NCBI GenBank assembly: GCA_030618105.1
Contig: JAUXED010000001.1
Location: 16,120 to 80,119 of the forward strand
Reading direction: 5' to 3'
DNA from: Bacteroidota bacterium
Lineage (GTDB): Bacteria > Bacteroidota > Bacteroidia > Bacteroidales > VadinHA17
Length of the DNA stretch: 64,000 nt
Part shown: positions 53,999-64,000 of the stretch, in pieces
Layout of the letters: the number at the start of each line of letters is the position of its first letter
Numbering within the stretch: position 1 is the stretch's first letter
The notes under the pieces: model-generated
The model's database searches: none
Seen by the model: the letters and a program-made list of their open reading frames with translations, nothing else
Told to the model about the DNA's origin: nothing
Translations under genes and position numbers: made by a program

Positions 53999-55672
53999 TT
54001 ATTGATCAGAAGGATTGAGAATGGCAGTGTATATGTTTTTATCTTCAAGTAGTTCACATGCTTTTTCTATTTGTTTATCATAAGCCAGTGAAGACTGTAT
54101 CATACCGGAACGGTAATAATAGCGGTCAACAATAAATTCTTCAAGAAGAATTTTAATCTCCTTGCTAAAGGTATTCATGTCCTGTTCAAGATTGTGCGAA
54201 AGTTTTTTTGAAAGCGCTGTGAATTCATTCTCGGAAAGCTGGTAATATTTTTCTTTTTTTGCAGTTTCTTCCAGCGTACGTAATACCTGTTCGGTTTTAG
54301 TTTTATAATTAAAGTTTTGATCTTTAACAAAAGCGATAAAATCAAGATAAATATCGTCAGTAAGCTCAAAATCACCAGGAGGAAGTAGTGAATCGTGTGT
54401 TAAATAATAGCGGGTTGAAAAGTCGAAAAACAAAAAACCGGTAAAAAGTTCAATAGTAAGCTGGCTATAATTATCCTTTTTAATTTCAATATCAGGAGAA
54501 ATACCACCGCCGTCATAAACCAATCGACCATTTTTGGTTTTATATTCTGAAATCAGGGAATCCGGTATATGACCAACGCTTCCGTCCTCATTACGATTGG
54601 AGTAATCCAGCGCCTGGATACAACGCCCGCTGGGGATATAATACTTTGCTGTTGTCACCTTAAGTCTTGAATTATAGCTTAAAGGACGGGTGGTTTGAAC
54701 AAGACCCTTTCCAAAGGTACGGGTACCGACAATTACTGCCCTGTCAATATCCTGAAGAGCGCCGGCAACGATTTCTGATGCTGATGCAGAACCCCGGTCT
54801 ACAAGAACAACAAGGGGTGTTTGAGTATCAACCGGAAGATTCCTTGCCCTGTATGTTTCATCGAATTGTTTTACCTTGCCTCTGGTACTGACTATTTCCT
54901 GTCCTTTGTCAACAAAAAGATTTGAAACGTTAACTGCCTCGATAAGTAAACCACCCGGATTTCCTCGCAAATCAAGAATTAACGATTTTAAAGAATATGT
55001 TTTTTTAAGATCAGAAAGAGCGTTTTTAACATCTTTAAAGCAGTCCTGTGTGAAGTTTGAAAGACGGATATAGCCAATATTCTCATTCAGCATACCATAA
55101 TAAGGAACACCGGTGATATGGATTTTTTTGCGGATAAGAGTAAATGTAAAGGGTTCATCAATTCCATATCGTTTAATGGTTACTCCAACTTCGGTGTCAG
55201 GCAGGCCTTTTAACAGGTCACTTACTTTGTGAAGAGCCAATCCCTCAATAGATTTACTATCTATCTCCCGGATAATATCTCCGGCTTTCAGTCCTGCTAA
55301 ATCTGCCGGGAAATCTTTATATATCTCAGAAATAACAGCAAAATCACCACTTTTCCTGATTAACGAACCAATACCTCCGTATTTACCTGTTGTTGCAAAA
55401 TTAAAATCGTCAATACCTGATTCTGGAATATAAACAGTGTAAGGATCAAGTGATTGGAGCATTTCATTAATACTTATTTCAATCAGTTTTTCCGGTTCAA
55501 TATCATCGACATAAAAGACATTAAGCTCACGGAAGAGGGAATAATAAATATCAAGATTTTTTAAAAGCTTAAAATCCCTGTCTTCATTAAATGAAACAAG
55601 ACCGGCAGTAAACGCGATGACAATAAGTGTAATAATCCCTGCTTTCTTAAATCCAATCCGTGTTAGTTTCAT
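53999..55672 (-). CDS. S41-family C-terminal processing peptidase with PDZ domain
   Basis: ILDLRGNPGG, GSASASEI, TFGKG motifs. I prefer the ATG at 55672 (MKLTRIGFKKAGIITLIVIAF signal/anchor) over the track start at 55747. Confidence 0.85.
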   Translation of the reverse strand: MKLTRIGFKKAGIITLIVIAFTAGLVSFNEDRDFKLLKNLDIYYSLFRELNVFYVDDIEPEKLIEISINEMLQSLDPYTVYIPESGIDDFNFATTGKYGGIGSLIRKSGDFAVISEIYKDFPADLAGLKAGDIIREIDSKSIEGLALHKVSDLLKGLPDTEVGVTIKRYGIDEPFTFTLIRKKIHITGVPYYGMLNENIGYIRLSNFTQDCFKDVKNALSDLKKTYSLKSLILDLRGNPGGLLIEAVNVSNLFVDKGQEIVSTRGKVKQFDETYRARNLPVDTQTPLVVLVDRGSASASEIVAGALQDIDRAVIVGTRTFGKGLVQTTRPLSYNSRLKVTTAKYYIPSGRCIQALDYSNRNEDGSVGHIPDSLISEYKTKNGRLVYDGGGISPDIEIKKDNYSQLTIELFTGFLFFDFSTRYYLTHDSLLPPGDFELTDDIYLDFIAFVKDQNFNYKTKTEQVLRTLEETAKKEKYYQLSENEFTALSKKLSHNLEQDMNTFSKEIKILLEEFIVDRYYYRSGMIQSSLAYDKQIEKACELLEDKNIYTAILNPSDQ

Positions 55673-55763
55673 ATGTTTATTATTTAGCAATATTTTTATT
55701 TTCAATAGTAAGTATTTTTGGAATACTGGAATGCTCGATAAAGTCATCTATTTCTTCCCATTT

Positions 55764-55782
55764 TTCCACTATTCCATTATTC
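55764..55782 (-). repeat. TTCCACTATTCCATTATTC word pair (same family as 5318-5372)
   Basis: Direct reading. Confidence 0.6.
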
Positions 55783-55892
55783 TAATTAATACTTAATTAT
55801 TCTCCTGTGGATCAAAATTTTTATTATCGATGTTTCATCTGTCTGAAATTTGTTTTATATCTGTTTATATAAAAACGGAGCAAAGATAAAAA

Positions 55893-56138
55893 TCATTTCT
55901 TTATGAAAGAGAATTGATCAGGAACCGGGTCATAACCATGACCACCCCATGGATTACAACTAATTATTCTTCTAATTGCAAGCCAGCTTCCTTTAAGTGG
56001 GCCATGCTTTTTAAGTGCATCGATGCTATATGCTGAGCAAGAAGGTGTATACCGGCATGAGGAAGGAAATAACGGTGAAATTAACCGCTGGTAGATTTTT
56101 ACTGATCCAATGAGTATATTAATTATTAATGTTCTCAT
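55893..56138 (-). CDS. yidD: Membrane protein insertion efficiency factor YidD
   Basis: YQ..ISP....CR..P.CS.Y...A....G...G.....RI.RC.P pattern, 81 aa. Confidence 0.9.
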   Translation of the reverse strand: MRTLIINILIGSVKIYQRLISPLFPSSCRYTPSCSAYSIDALKKHGPLKGSWLAIRRIISCNPWGGHGYDPVPDQFSFIKK

Positions 56139-56512
56139 AGGGTTTTAATGAAATATTGAAATGAGGATATAATACCTTTTTCAATTGAATGATAATCAGC
56201 AATTTGTTTTTCACGGTATACGATAATAAAAATAAGTCCAATATTTTTACTCTCCAGAAAGTCATAAAGTTCATATTTGTTAAGACGATATGCCTCAAGG
56301 GTTCTTCTTTTGATAATATTCCTGTCAATAGCACGCTTAAATAACTTTTTCGATACACTGACAGCTACTTGAGCGGGATACTTTTCTTCCGGATTTGTTT
56401 TTTTCCAGATAATAAGAAAGGGATGAGAATAGAAAGACCTGCCAAGTTTAATTAATTCGTTGAAAGCTTTTTTGCTTCTGAGTTTCTCCCTTTTTTTAAA
56501 AGTAGTTTTCAT
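56135..56512 (-). CDS. rnpA: Ribonuclease P protein component
   Basis: 125 aa basic protein with the RNR-like motif ([10 protein letters not shown]). Overlaps yidD by 4 nt, the classic rnpA-yidD order. Confidence 0.9.
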   Translation of the reverse strand: MKTTFKKREKLRSKKAFNELIKLGRSFYSHPFLIIWKKTNPEEKYPAQVAVSVSKKLFKRAIDRNIIKRRTLEAYRLNKYELYDFLESKNIGLIFIIVYREKQIADYHSIEKGIISSFQYFIKTL

Positions 56513-56517
56513 AAACT

Positions 56518-56543
56518 AAAAGTCAAAAGTCAAAAGTCAAAAG
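56518..56543. repeat. (AAAGTCA)x3.5 heptamer repeat between hemD and rnpA
   Basis: Direct reading. Confidence 0.85.
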
Positions 56544-56582
56544 ACCCCCGGATTTATAAGTTATCTTTCTGATTAAAACTAA

Positions 56583-57332
56583 TTAATTATTTTTATTATA
56601 ATTTTCAATATATTGTTCAAGGGCCATAGTCATAGATGGGGCTTCGGGACTTGGGGCTTCAATATCCAACCTCAATCCGGCATCCTTAGCGGCTTTTGCA
56701 GTAGTTGATCCAAAAGAAGCAATTTTTGTATTATTTTGTTTAAAATCAGGGAAGTTTTCGAATAAAGATTTAATTCCGGAAGGACTGTAAAAAACAAGCA
56801 CATCGTAATTTACATTATTTAAATCTGACAAATCACTGCAAACAGTCCGATAGAGTACGGCTTTGGTATATTTGATCTTGTTAATATCAAGAACTTTTGA
56901 AATATCTTTTTTGTGATGATCAGATACAGGGAAAAAATATTTTTCATCCTTGTGTTTATTAATTACATCCATTAAATCAATCAGGCGGCGTTTCCCGAAA
57001 AATATTTTTCTTTTCCTGTAAACAATATATTTCTGAAGGTAATAAGCCGTTGATTCTGAGGTGCAGAAGTATTTCATCGAATCAGATATTGTAACTCTCA
57101 TTTCCTCACAAATTCTGAAAAAATGGACAATAGCGGTTCTGCTGGTAAAAATTACAGCCGTAAAATCGGATATATCAATACGGGTTTTTCGAAACTCTTT
57201 TGCATGAACTGATTTTACATGAATGAAAGAACGAAAATCAATTTTAAGGTTGTTTTTCTTTGCCAGATCATAAAAGGGTGATTTCCCATTCTCAGGCTCA
57301 GGCTGCGATACTAAAATCCTTTTTATTTTCAA
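56583..57332 (-). CDS. hemD: Uroporphyrinogen-III synthase
   Basis: 249 aa two-lobed HEM4-like pattern (ILVSQP...FTS...SIG.TTA). Typical Bacteroidota neighbour of DUF4271. Confidence 0.75.
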   Translation of the reverse strand: MKIKRILVSQPEPENGKSPFYDLAKKNNLKIDFRSFIHVKSVHAKEFRKTRIDISDFTAVIFTSRTAIVHFFRICEEMRVTISDSMKYFCTSESTAYYLQKYIVYRKRKIFFGKRRLIDLMDVINKHKDEKYFFPVSDHHKKDISKVLDINKIKYTKAVLYRTVCSDLSDLNNVNYDVLVFYSPSGIKSLFENFPDFKQNNTKIASFGSTTAKAAKDAGLRLDIEAPSPEAPSMTMALEQYIENYNKNN

Positions 57333-57380
57333 AATGCTAAGTTTTTAATATTTTCGTTACTATATTACAAATCAAGCTTT

Positions 57381-58538
57381 TTAAAAAATTCTGAGGTATT
57401 TAAAGAAAACCAGAATCGGTATGAATTCGAGCACACAAAGGTATAAAAACAAATATAATAGAGAAAATTTTCTTAAAGTAAATATTTTTATTCCCCTGAT
57501 AATACGAAGTATGTAACTTAAAATTATTACACCGGCACCTGCAAAAATAGCAACAGGCGTTATCCGGTAGTCAGTATAAGGAATAGCTATCAATAATGGC
57601 AATAAAACAAGTCCTGTTACTCTGGTATGAATAAAAATATTATGAAGATATTCTGCAAAGGTTTTTTGGGTGAGAGAGACATATCCGGCTATTTTACTGG
57701 TAATATATCGAAGCAGATAAACAGCAAATACAAAACCGGTAAATAAAAGGAATGCTTTAATCCCCTTTGGATGGATAAGTGTTAAGTTAAAATGGTTGGC
57801 TGACAGGTAAATAAAAAGACCGACATTTAAATAAAAAACAAAATCCATAATCAGGAAAGCCTTTTGTGTCAGGCTGCTTTTATCGAGAAAGAGATTATGA
57901 GAAACCTGGTAGTTGAAAATGGAATTAGTAGTAGCAGATATCACTTTATTGTAAAATAATTTGATCCATACAAGGAGTATAAAAGAGAAAATAATTATCC
58001 CAAGAACCCAATCACTCCAAAGGGCAGGAGTTTCTTCCATGGAATGGTAATTGTCCGGTTTTTTATCGGGAACCTCAGTTCCGATACGGGTTGACTTATT
58101 ATCAATTGTTTTTTCCGATGTAATAAACAGATGATCTTTCCGGGAACCCATTTTATAACTGTGTTCCCACATGTTTTTAAAGAACAGGGGTTTAATGCCT
58201 TGGTTTTCACCTATTGTAATAATAATATCTGATGAATCGGGCTGAAACACAGGGGTAATTTTTTCAGGGATGATACTTTTTGGCTCAGATTTTATTAAGG
58301 AGATTTTGTGTATAGAATCTACTTTTTCCCGGTGTTGTTGTTCTCTCTCGAAAATTTGCAGAGCCTCCCGAATGGAGTATTGAATAATATCAGATCCGGA
58401 GATAGTATCTTCAGAAATCACAGTGTCCTGAATGAGAACTGCTGTTGTATCCTGATTTATAATTATTGGGATAGTATCAACAAGTGGGCGGATTTGTGTA
58501 GTATCCTGATGCTGTTTATTGTCTGTGTTGTTTCCCAT
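57381..58538 (-). CDS. DUF4271-like polytopic membrane protein
   Basis: 385 aa: soluble N-terminal half plus ~6 TM in the C-terminal half. Synteny with hemD. Confidence 0.55.
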   Translation of the reverse strand: MGNNTDNKQHQDTTQIRPLVDTIPIIINQDTTAVLIQDTVISEDTISGSDIIQYSIREALQIFEREQQHREKVDSIHKISLIKSEPKSIIPEKITPVFQPDSSDIIITIGENQGIKPLFFKNMWEHSYKMGSRKDHLFITSEKTIDNKSTRIGTEVPDKKPDNYHSMEETPALWSDWVLGIIIFSFILLVWIKLFYNKVISATTNSIFNYQVSHNLFLDKSSLTQKAFLIMDFVFYLNVGLFIYLSANHFNLTLIHPKGIKAFLLFTGFVFAVYLLRYITSKIAGYVSLTQKTFAEYLHNIFIHTRVTGLVLLPLLIAIPYTDYRITPVAIFAGAGVIILSYILRIIRGIKIFTLRKFSLLYLFLYLCVLEFIPILVFFKYLRIF

Positions 58539-58609
58539 TTACCACCCGTATTATAAAAACACGATGCAAAGATAAAGAAATTAGGGATCATTTTTTTAAG
58601 CTTTTAAAA

Positions 58610-59416
58610 TCAAAAATAAGGAACAACCTCTTTTCCCGGATTTTCCAATAGTGATATTTCCTTAAGAATGTTGTTTGCCAGCCTGCTTGCCCCGATACGA
58701 AAAAGATCCGGTGTTATCCAGTTTTCACCCAGAACCTCTTTTACAATTTCAAGGTATTTAACAGCTTGTTTTTCTGTGGAGATTCCACCGGCGGGTTTGA
58801 TCCCTGTCTTCCTTCCGGTTTTTGTTGCAAAGTCGCGGATTGATTCTGCCATGATCCTGAATGCTTCTGTGGTTGCAGCCGGTTGAAGTTTGCCTGTAGA
58901 AGTTTTAATGAAGTCGGCTCCCGATTCCATGGCAAGGATAGACGCTTTACTTATTTGATGGGGGTTAAGGGCGCCTGTTTCAAGTATAACTTTCAGGGGA
59001 TGATTCCCCATTATTTTTTTGATCTGATAAATTTCAGAAGAGACTTCTTTTTCTTTACCGGACAAAAACTTACCAAGAGAGATAACGATATCTATCTCAT
59101 CAGCTCCTGCTTCCAGTGCCATTATTGTTTCTCTTTTTTTAATTTCGGTAAAAGTTTGTGATGATGGAAAACCTGCCGAAACGGATACAATTTTTACCCC
59201 GGGGGATTTAAGGGTTTTTCGAACAATATTAACCAATGAAGGATAAATACAAATTGCCGCCACATTGGGAATGTCGGGATACTGTTTGTTGAAGCCATTC
59301 ACTTTCAGACACATATTCATTATATTTTCTTCTGTATCTGTTGAATTAAGACTTGTAAGATCAATAAGCCCAAACAGGGTTTTTAAATTACCAATGGAGT
59401 ATAATTCTTTTTTCAT
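58610..59416 (-). CDS. deoC: Deoxyribose-phosphate aldolase
   Basis: DLT.L, EIDIVI, Schiff-base FIKTSTGK, KPAGGI motifs. Confidence 0.9.
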   Translation of the reverse strand: MKKELYSIGNLKTLFGLIDLTSLNSTDTEENIMNMCLKVNGFNKQYPDIPNVAAICIYPSLVNIVRKTLKSPGVKIVSVSAGFPSSQTFTEIKKRETIMALEAGADEIDIVISLGKFLSGKEKEVSSEIYQIKKIMGNHPLKVILETGALNPHQISKASILAMESGADFIKTSTGKLQPAATTEAFRIMAESIRDFATKTGRKTGIKPAGGISTEKQAVKYLEIVKEVLGENWITPDLFRIGASRLANNILKEISLLENPGKEVVPYF

Positions 59417-59448
59417 AGGGAAATTTATTTATTGTATAATATAAAGGA

Positions 59449-59520
59449 GTGCCTAAAATGTCTAAAGTGCCTAAAATGCCTAAAGTTATAACTTCTTCTC
59501 TTACCAACTTTAAGCACTTT
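59449..59520. repeat. (GCCTAAAAT/GTCTAAAGT) words + a TTATAACTTCTTCTC...AACTTTAAG module (also at 9228-9262)
   Basis: The 15-mer TTATAACTTCTTCTC is shared between the two loci. Confidence 0.7.
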
Positions 59521-59975
59521 TAGTAATCTTTATTTTTAGTGTCGATGATTATGGTAACAGGACCATCGTTGACCAGCGAGACCTGCATCAATGCCCCGAA
59601 TTCACCTGTTTTTATTTCCTTCACCAGGTAAAAGCCAAGTTTTTCTAAAAATTTCTCATATAAAGGAATAGCAACATCAGGTATGGCAGCTTTAATATAA
59701 GATGGCCTGTTTCCTTTTTTTGTTTTTGCATGAAGCGTAAACTGACTGATGACCAGTATCTCGCCATTAATATCAGCAACAGACAAATTCATTACACCAT
59801 CTTTATCATCGAATATCCTTAACTGGATAATTTTTTTACAAAGCCAGTTAATATCCTCTTCGCCATCATCATTTTCAATACCAAGAAAAACAAGCAATCC
59901 TTGTCCGACAGAAGAATGAAGTTTATTCCGGATTTCAACGGTAGCACTTTTAACTCTTTGTATTACAACACGCAT
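59520..59975 (-). CDS. dtd: D-aminoacyl-tRNA deacylase
   Basis: MRVVIQRV..., SQFTL, GPVT motifs, 151 aa. Confidence 0.95.
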   Translation of the reverse strand: MRVVIQRVKSATVEIRNKLHSSVGQGLLVFLGIENDDGEEDINWLCKKIIQLRIFDDKDGVMNLSVADINGEILVISQFTLHAKTKKGNRPSYIKAAIPDVAIPLYEKFLEKLGFYLVKEIKTGEFGALMQVSLVNDGPVTIIIDTKNKDY

Positions 59976-60225
59976 AATAGAAATATTTGATTCCAGAAAG
60001 ATTTAATACATGCCTAAAACATGGGAGAAGAGTTTCGTGAATTCCATAATTTTGGTTAGTATCAAAAATAGTGAAAAAGAGCAAATGAAAAAAAAGAACA
60101 GAAGGCATATGAGTAGATTGCTATTTTTATTATCTTGAAAATAATTTAAACGGGAACAAAATGTGCTTAAAATTATTAATTTAGCTTTATAATACCATTA
60201 TTAATCAAAACAAAAAATTTTAACC

Positions 60226-61329
60226 ATGAGCAACAAAAAATTTAGTTTTCAGAAATTTATTGAGGATTCAAAAAACGCTATTTTGAATCCCAAAGAGCAT
60301 TTTGCTACACTAAGTACTACCGGTGGCTTTGGCGAACCGGTAATTAAAGCGGTTATTTATGGGTTTATCGCAGGTGTTTTTGTTTTATTGTGGAGTCTAC
60401 TCAATATCTCCGGCGGGACAGGGCTTGGGAGTTTATTTGGCGGAGCTGTTGGTATAATGGCTTTTATAGGTTCAATTATAGGTGCCCTTATTGGGCTGTT
60501 TATAGGCGGAGTTATTGTATTAATTATTTCTTCTATTTGCAGTGGATCAAATGATTATGAAGCAAACGTAAGGGTGGTAGCAGCGATGATGGTACTTACC
60601 CCTATTAATGCTTTTTTGAATGTATTCAATGGTGTTAGCCCGGTGCTTGGGATATTATTTGGATTAGTAGTAAACCTTTATGGGTTATGGATGCTGTACC
60701 ACGCACTTAACCAGACACTGAAGGCAAAAGAGGAAACGTCAAAAATAATTGCAATAGTTTTAGGGGCTTTGGTTTTGTTATTTGCAATTATTGGTTTTGG
60801 TACACGAAAGAAATTGCGTAGTTTGGAGACAAGGTTTGGAGATTATGAAAAGATATCAAAAGATTATGAAAAAGCTGCATTAAAAATGGCTGAGAACTAT
60901 GAGGAAGTAGCAAAAGAATTAGTAGAAGGAATAGCAGAAGGAATAGCAGAAACAACTGAAGAAATGACAGAAGAAATATCAGAAATGTATGGGGGTACCG
61001 AAGAGGGTTATGAATTTGAAATGGCAAACGGTGAAACAGTGAAAAAAATTAACCCTGTTTCAGTAACCATGGCATTAAAAAGTCTTGATGAAGACAACAA
61101 CTTTGCTGTATTAAGTAAAGGTGATTTCTTTATACAAACTGCTCTGGAGGAGAATGGTTATGTTGTTGAATACAACGATGATTCAGGATACTACAGAAGT
61201 GTTGAATCAGATATACCCTATAAAAAAGTTGTTGCTATATTCATGGGATTTATTAATGAAGAAACTTCGTGGAAGGAGATAGTAGAATGGGAAGCAGCAA
61301 CATGGACTGTAGCAAAATGGGGGGAATAG
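60226..61329 (+). CDS. Yip1-like polytopic membrane protein with acidic linker and C-terminal soluble domain
   Basis: 367 aa: ~5 TM (G/I/L-rich), an E-rich repeat EGIAEGIAETTEEMTEEISE, then a ~110-aa C-terminal domain. Family assignment is tentative. Confidence 0.5.
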   Translation: MSNKKFSFQKFIEDSKNAILNPKEHFATLSTTGGFGEPVIKAVIYGFIAGVFVLLWSLLNISGGTGLGSLFGGAVGIMAFIGSIIGALIGLFIGGVIVLIISSICSGSNDYEANVRVVAAMMVLTPINAFLNVFNGVSPVLGILFGLVVNLYGLWMLYHALNQTLKAKEETSKIIAIVLGALVLLFAIIGFGTRKKLRSLETRFGDYEKISKDYEKAALKMAENYEEVAKELVEGIAEGIAETTEEMTEEISEMYGGTEEGYEFEMANGETVKKINPVSVTMALKSLDEDNNFAVLSKGDFFIQTALEENGYVVEYNDDSGYYRSVESDIPYKKVVAIFMGFINEETSWKEIVEWEAATWTVAKWGE

Positions 61330-61343
61330 TTATAATTTATTTA

Positions 61344-61378
61344 GAAAAAACCTGAAGTTTAGGCTTCAGGTTTTTTTG
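61344..61378. terminator. Bidirectional rho-independent terminator between the convergent Yip1-like and PFK genes
   Basis: A6-CCTGAAG-TTTAGG-CTTCAGG-T7. Confidence 0.85.
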
Positions 61379-61396
61379 TTATTAATTATTGCCCGG

Positions 61397-62602
61397 TTAC
61401 GTATCAGAAGTCATTATAAATAACGGCTTCATTTCAAAGCTGTGATAATATGGGCGAAGCCTTTTTTTATTGTAAAAGGCATCAACATTCACAACCTTTT
61501 TTGTGCTTGTAACGAGATCAATAGGAACATTGTCATATCTTCCGTTATTGAGGACTACAAGACGACCGTGAATGTTTTTCAAGATCAGATCGAATGCCAG
61601 ATTGCCGTAAGCCATTGGGACAATAGAATCGGTAGCATCAGGATCACCGCCACGCACCATATAACCGAGTTTCTGGGTAATAGTGCTGATGGTCTTTCCT
61701 TTGTTGTATTTTGCAGAAAGATTTTTAAGCTCTAATGAAACAAGATCGCCGATACCACCAAGTTTAGCATGCCCGAAAGCATCTTTTTCAGCATTTTTGA
61801 AAGTCATTTCCCCACCTTTAAACATTGCTCCTTCTGAAACCAGAACAACAGCATATTTACTGGGATTTTGATTACGGTCTTCAACAAGAAGTCTGGTGAG
61901 GTTATCGATATCAAATTTATATTCCGGAATTACACAACGGTTGGCAGCGCCTGCCATGGTAGGAAGCATGGCGGTAAAACCTGCATATCTGCCAAACACT
62001 TCCAATACTAAAAACCGTTCATGAGACCCGGCAGTGGTCCGCAGGCTGTTAGTCATCTGAATGGTCCTGGTCACACAAGTGCTAAACCCTATGCAATAAT
62101 CGGTTCCGGGGACGTCATTATCCATGGTTTTCGGCATGGCGACAATCTTAACGCCTTCCTTGTATAGCCGCACTGCATAACTTAAAGTATCATCTCCGCC
62201 AATGGGTATCAGGTAATCAATTCCCAGCCACTCAAGGTTTTTTATTACTTCAGGAGTAAGATCATTTATCTCCTTGTTATATGTGTCTTTTAAGTGATCA
62301 GGCACCTCCTCCTTTTTCATATGACTTGGCCGGGTACGGGATGTATGAAGAAACGTACCACCGGTTCGGCCTGCTTTATTAACAATATCATCGGTAAGGA
62401 TCATGTAGGAATCTTTATTGTTTGCTTTTTTGTCGCGGACCAGATCAATTATTCCCCTCCATCCTCTTCGTAAACCGATCACTTTGTATCCTTCGCGGTT
62501 AGCACGGATTGTAATTGCACGAATTGCCGGGTTCAGCCCGGGAACATCACCACCACCGGTAAGAATACCAATTGTTCCATTTGATTTATTTATGTTTATC
62601 AT
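61397..62602 (-). CDS. 6-phosphofructokinase, PPi-type signature (GGDD / PKTMDND)
   Basis: TGGGDVPGLNPAIR, IGGDDTLSYA, MPKTMDNDV, GYMVRGG. Confidence 0.9.
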   Translation of the reverse strand: MININKSNGTIGILTGGGDVPGLNPAIRAITIRANREGYKVIGLRRGWRGIIDLVRDKKANNKDSYMILTDDIVNKAGRTGGTFLHTSRTRPSHMKKEEVPDHLKDTYNKEINDLTPEVIKNLEWLGIDYLIPIGGDDTLSYAVRLYKEGVKIVAMPKTMDNDVPGTDYCIGFSTCVTRTIQMTNSLRTTAGSHERFLVLEVFGRYAGFTAMLPTMAGAANRCVIPEYKFDIDNLTRLLVEDRNQNPSKYAVVLVSEGAMFKGGEMTFKNAEKDAFGHAKLGGIGDLVSLELKNLSAKYNKGKTISTITQKLGYMVRGGDPDATDSIVPMAYGNLAFDLILKNIHGRLVVLNNGRYDNVPIDLVTSTKKVVNVDAFYNKKRLRPYYHSFEMKPLFIMTSDT

Positions 62603-62818
62603 ACTTAGTATTTTAATGTTTCGACAAATCTGTTTTAATACGCAAAACGGGTAAAAATATAAAAAGTAGTTTTATTTTAAACAAATATTCAAACAAATAA
62701 ATAAAAAATAATGCTGAGAGTAATTAATACCTGGAGTCCATTTTAAATTCAATGTTATATAATACAGATTGTATTTGATTGAAAGTGTAGAAAACCGGAG
62801 AATTCTTTTTATAAAAAC

Positions 62819-63460
62819 CTAATCATCTTGTGAAATTTGTATAAATTCCTCTTTATAATTGTTATTAGCGTTCTTTAATTGCTTTAATCCATTGTAAAAT
62901 AAAACAACACCATTTATAATACAAAACAAAAAAAACAGGAGATATAGAATAAGCAGTATTATTTGCGAAAGTATAAACGTGTTTTGATATTTACTATCTG
63001 ATTGTATAAGTCTAAGGTCCAGGTCGGTTTTATTAAAAGTTTTCATCATACCGATAAGCAAATTTGAACTCTCACGAAACAACAAATTAAGAGAATCAAC
63101 CATTTTTTCATGAACAATTATTTCATTATCATACATCATCCTGACAGAATCCAATAATTGTGTTTGACCCTGGGCTTTAACAAGCAAATTACTCATTGCC
63201 TCATTGGTTTCATTCGATTTTACTATAGCATTGTTCAATTGCCGGTTAAATGCATCCACATTAAAACTAAGATCTTCCACTTCCCTGTTGATAAGATCGT
63301 GGTTAATGGATTGAAATTTTTCTTTTGCTGTGATTTTGCTTTTTATAGTCATTTGATCGAAATATGACGCTGATATCTTTTCGAGTTTATATGGCAAATA
63401 GGTCATGCTGAAAATCATAAGCAAAAGTCCTGATACAATAGCATAATTGAATTTTCTCAT
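62819..63460 (-). CDS. Hypothetical bitopic membrane protein with a central helical region
   Basis: 213-aa ORF with an N-terminal TM and a C-terminal TM pair. I recognise no family. Confidence 0.4.
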   Translation of the reverse strand: MRKFNYAIVSGLLLMIFSMTYLPYKLEKISASYFDQMTIKSKITAKEKFQSINHDLINREVEDLSFNVDAFNRQLNNAIVKSNETNEAMSNLLVKAQGQTQLLDSVRMMYDNEIIVHEKMVDSLNLLFRESSNLLIGMMKTFNKTDLDLRLIQSDSKYQNTFILSQIILLILYLLFFLFCIINGVVLFYNGLKQLKNANNNYKEEFIQISQDD

Positions 63461-63502
63461 TTTATTTTGCGATTAATTAATTATTATTTATGATCGTGTC
63501 TG

Positions 63503-64000
63503 TTACCGTCCCTCAACATTAAATAGGTTTGTTTTTTTCTCAATAGTTCTGACTATAAGCCATATAATTAACCCGGTGAGGAAAATAATAATCCATCTTA
63601 ATTCGGGATAACAGTTTCCGGTAATGCGATAATTTCTAAAAATGGCAAGAATGGTAAAAGCAAAAATTATATTCCCAAAACCATTATATTCCCTTTTAAA
63701 GATGTTTTTCCAGGAGAATGGTAAATTACCGGGGGACCATTTGGAAAAATCCGGGAAAAAAGGAGTGGTTTTTATAGCCCATTCTTCATATTCCTTTCCA
63801 AACTTTCTTCTTAGGAATTGTTCTTCGGCAAACATAATCCGTTCATAATACAGCCAGAATGCAAGGATAAAAATTACAATAAAAAACAGAGATTCGGTAA
63901 AAAGAGCCAAACCAAGCCAGATAACAAAATTGCCTAAATAAAGCGGATGTCTGACAATTGAATAAATACCGGAAGTATTAACAACCTCGGCTTTTTGACC
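63503..64000 (-). CDS. Isoprenylcysteine carboxyl / phospholipid methyltransferase-family membrane protein (5' end outside the window)
   Basis: The frame stays open upstream of the track Met to the window edge and encodes VRHPLYLGNFVIWLG followed by EE..L...FG..Y..W, the ICMT/PEMT-type motif. Confidence 0.65.
   Translation of the reverse strand, partial: GQKAEVVNTSGIYSIVRHPLYLGNFVIWLGLALFTESLFFIVIFILAFWLYYERIMFAEEQFLRRKFGKEYEEWAIKTTPFFPDFSKWSPGNLPFSWKNIFKREYNGFGNIIFAFTILAIFRNYRITGNCYPELRWIIIFLTGLIIWLIVRTIEKKTNLFNVEGR

Noticed and set aside
55673-55747. 25-codon N-terminal extension of the S41 peptidase (MTLSSIPVFQKYLLLKIKILLNNKH)
   Set aside because: The internal Met at 55672 gives a typical basic-then-hydrophobic signal or anchor. 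The extension looks like translated AT-rich leader.
1-64000. tRNA, rRNA, tmRNA, RNase P RNA, transposase, integrase or phage genes
   Set aside because: Scanning by eye found no T-loop (GGTTCGAATCC-like) cloverleaf candidates. No ORF has a DDE, tyrosine/serine recombinase or phage structural signature. A tRNAscan or Infernal run would be needed to exclude small RNAs formally.

Overview
This is a low-GC, Bacteroidota-like chromosomal segment. Supporting signs are TAnnTTTG-type -7 boxes, DUF4292/DUF4271 genes, many lipoprotein signals and the rnpA-yidD and dut-TPR-DUF4292-M23 neighbourhoods. I support about 54 protein-coding genes, most of them housekeeping: ispD, lgt, hemW, rpiB, nadA, ruvB, pheS, dut, ybeY, mnmG, ade, uvrC, queD, polA, rnpA, yidD, hemD, deoC, dtd, two PPi-type phosphofructokinases and a partial OtsA/OtsB fusion. 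I found no rRNA, tRNA, CRISPR array, transposase, integrase or prophage genes.

Five things stand out:
1. The intergenic DNA is built from a recurring vocabulary of 7-9 bp tandem word repeats, such as GGTGATGA, GTAAGAA, AGTCGGC, CCAGYAC and GTTGAGTR. These are assembled as mosaics, mostly starting at or just after stop codons and in a fixed orientation relative to the upstream gene. An exact GC-rich 24-mer and small hairpin families recur in the same way.
2. A ~182-bp MITE-like palindromic element has two full copies and several partial copies. Each copy that keeps the right arm faces a gene start.
3. A co-directional 7-gene sugar cluster (two ROK kinases, a SIS protein, a PIG-L deacetylase, a PPi-PFK and a CBM9-like protein) looks like a NagA/NagB-independent amino-sugar route.
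4. A 1405-aa protein fuses a GT4-like glycosyltransferase to a C-terminal phosphodiester-glycosidase (NAGPA-like) domain, and a stand-alone paralogue of the GT module lies nearby.
5. A small accessory patch sits between uvrC and the polyprenyl synthase gene. It holds a decayed RelE/HigB-type toxin, an intact HTH antitoxin and a DUF4143-type ATPase.

All functional calls rest on motif recognition by eye. No database search was run.
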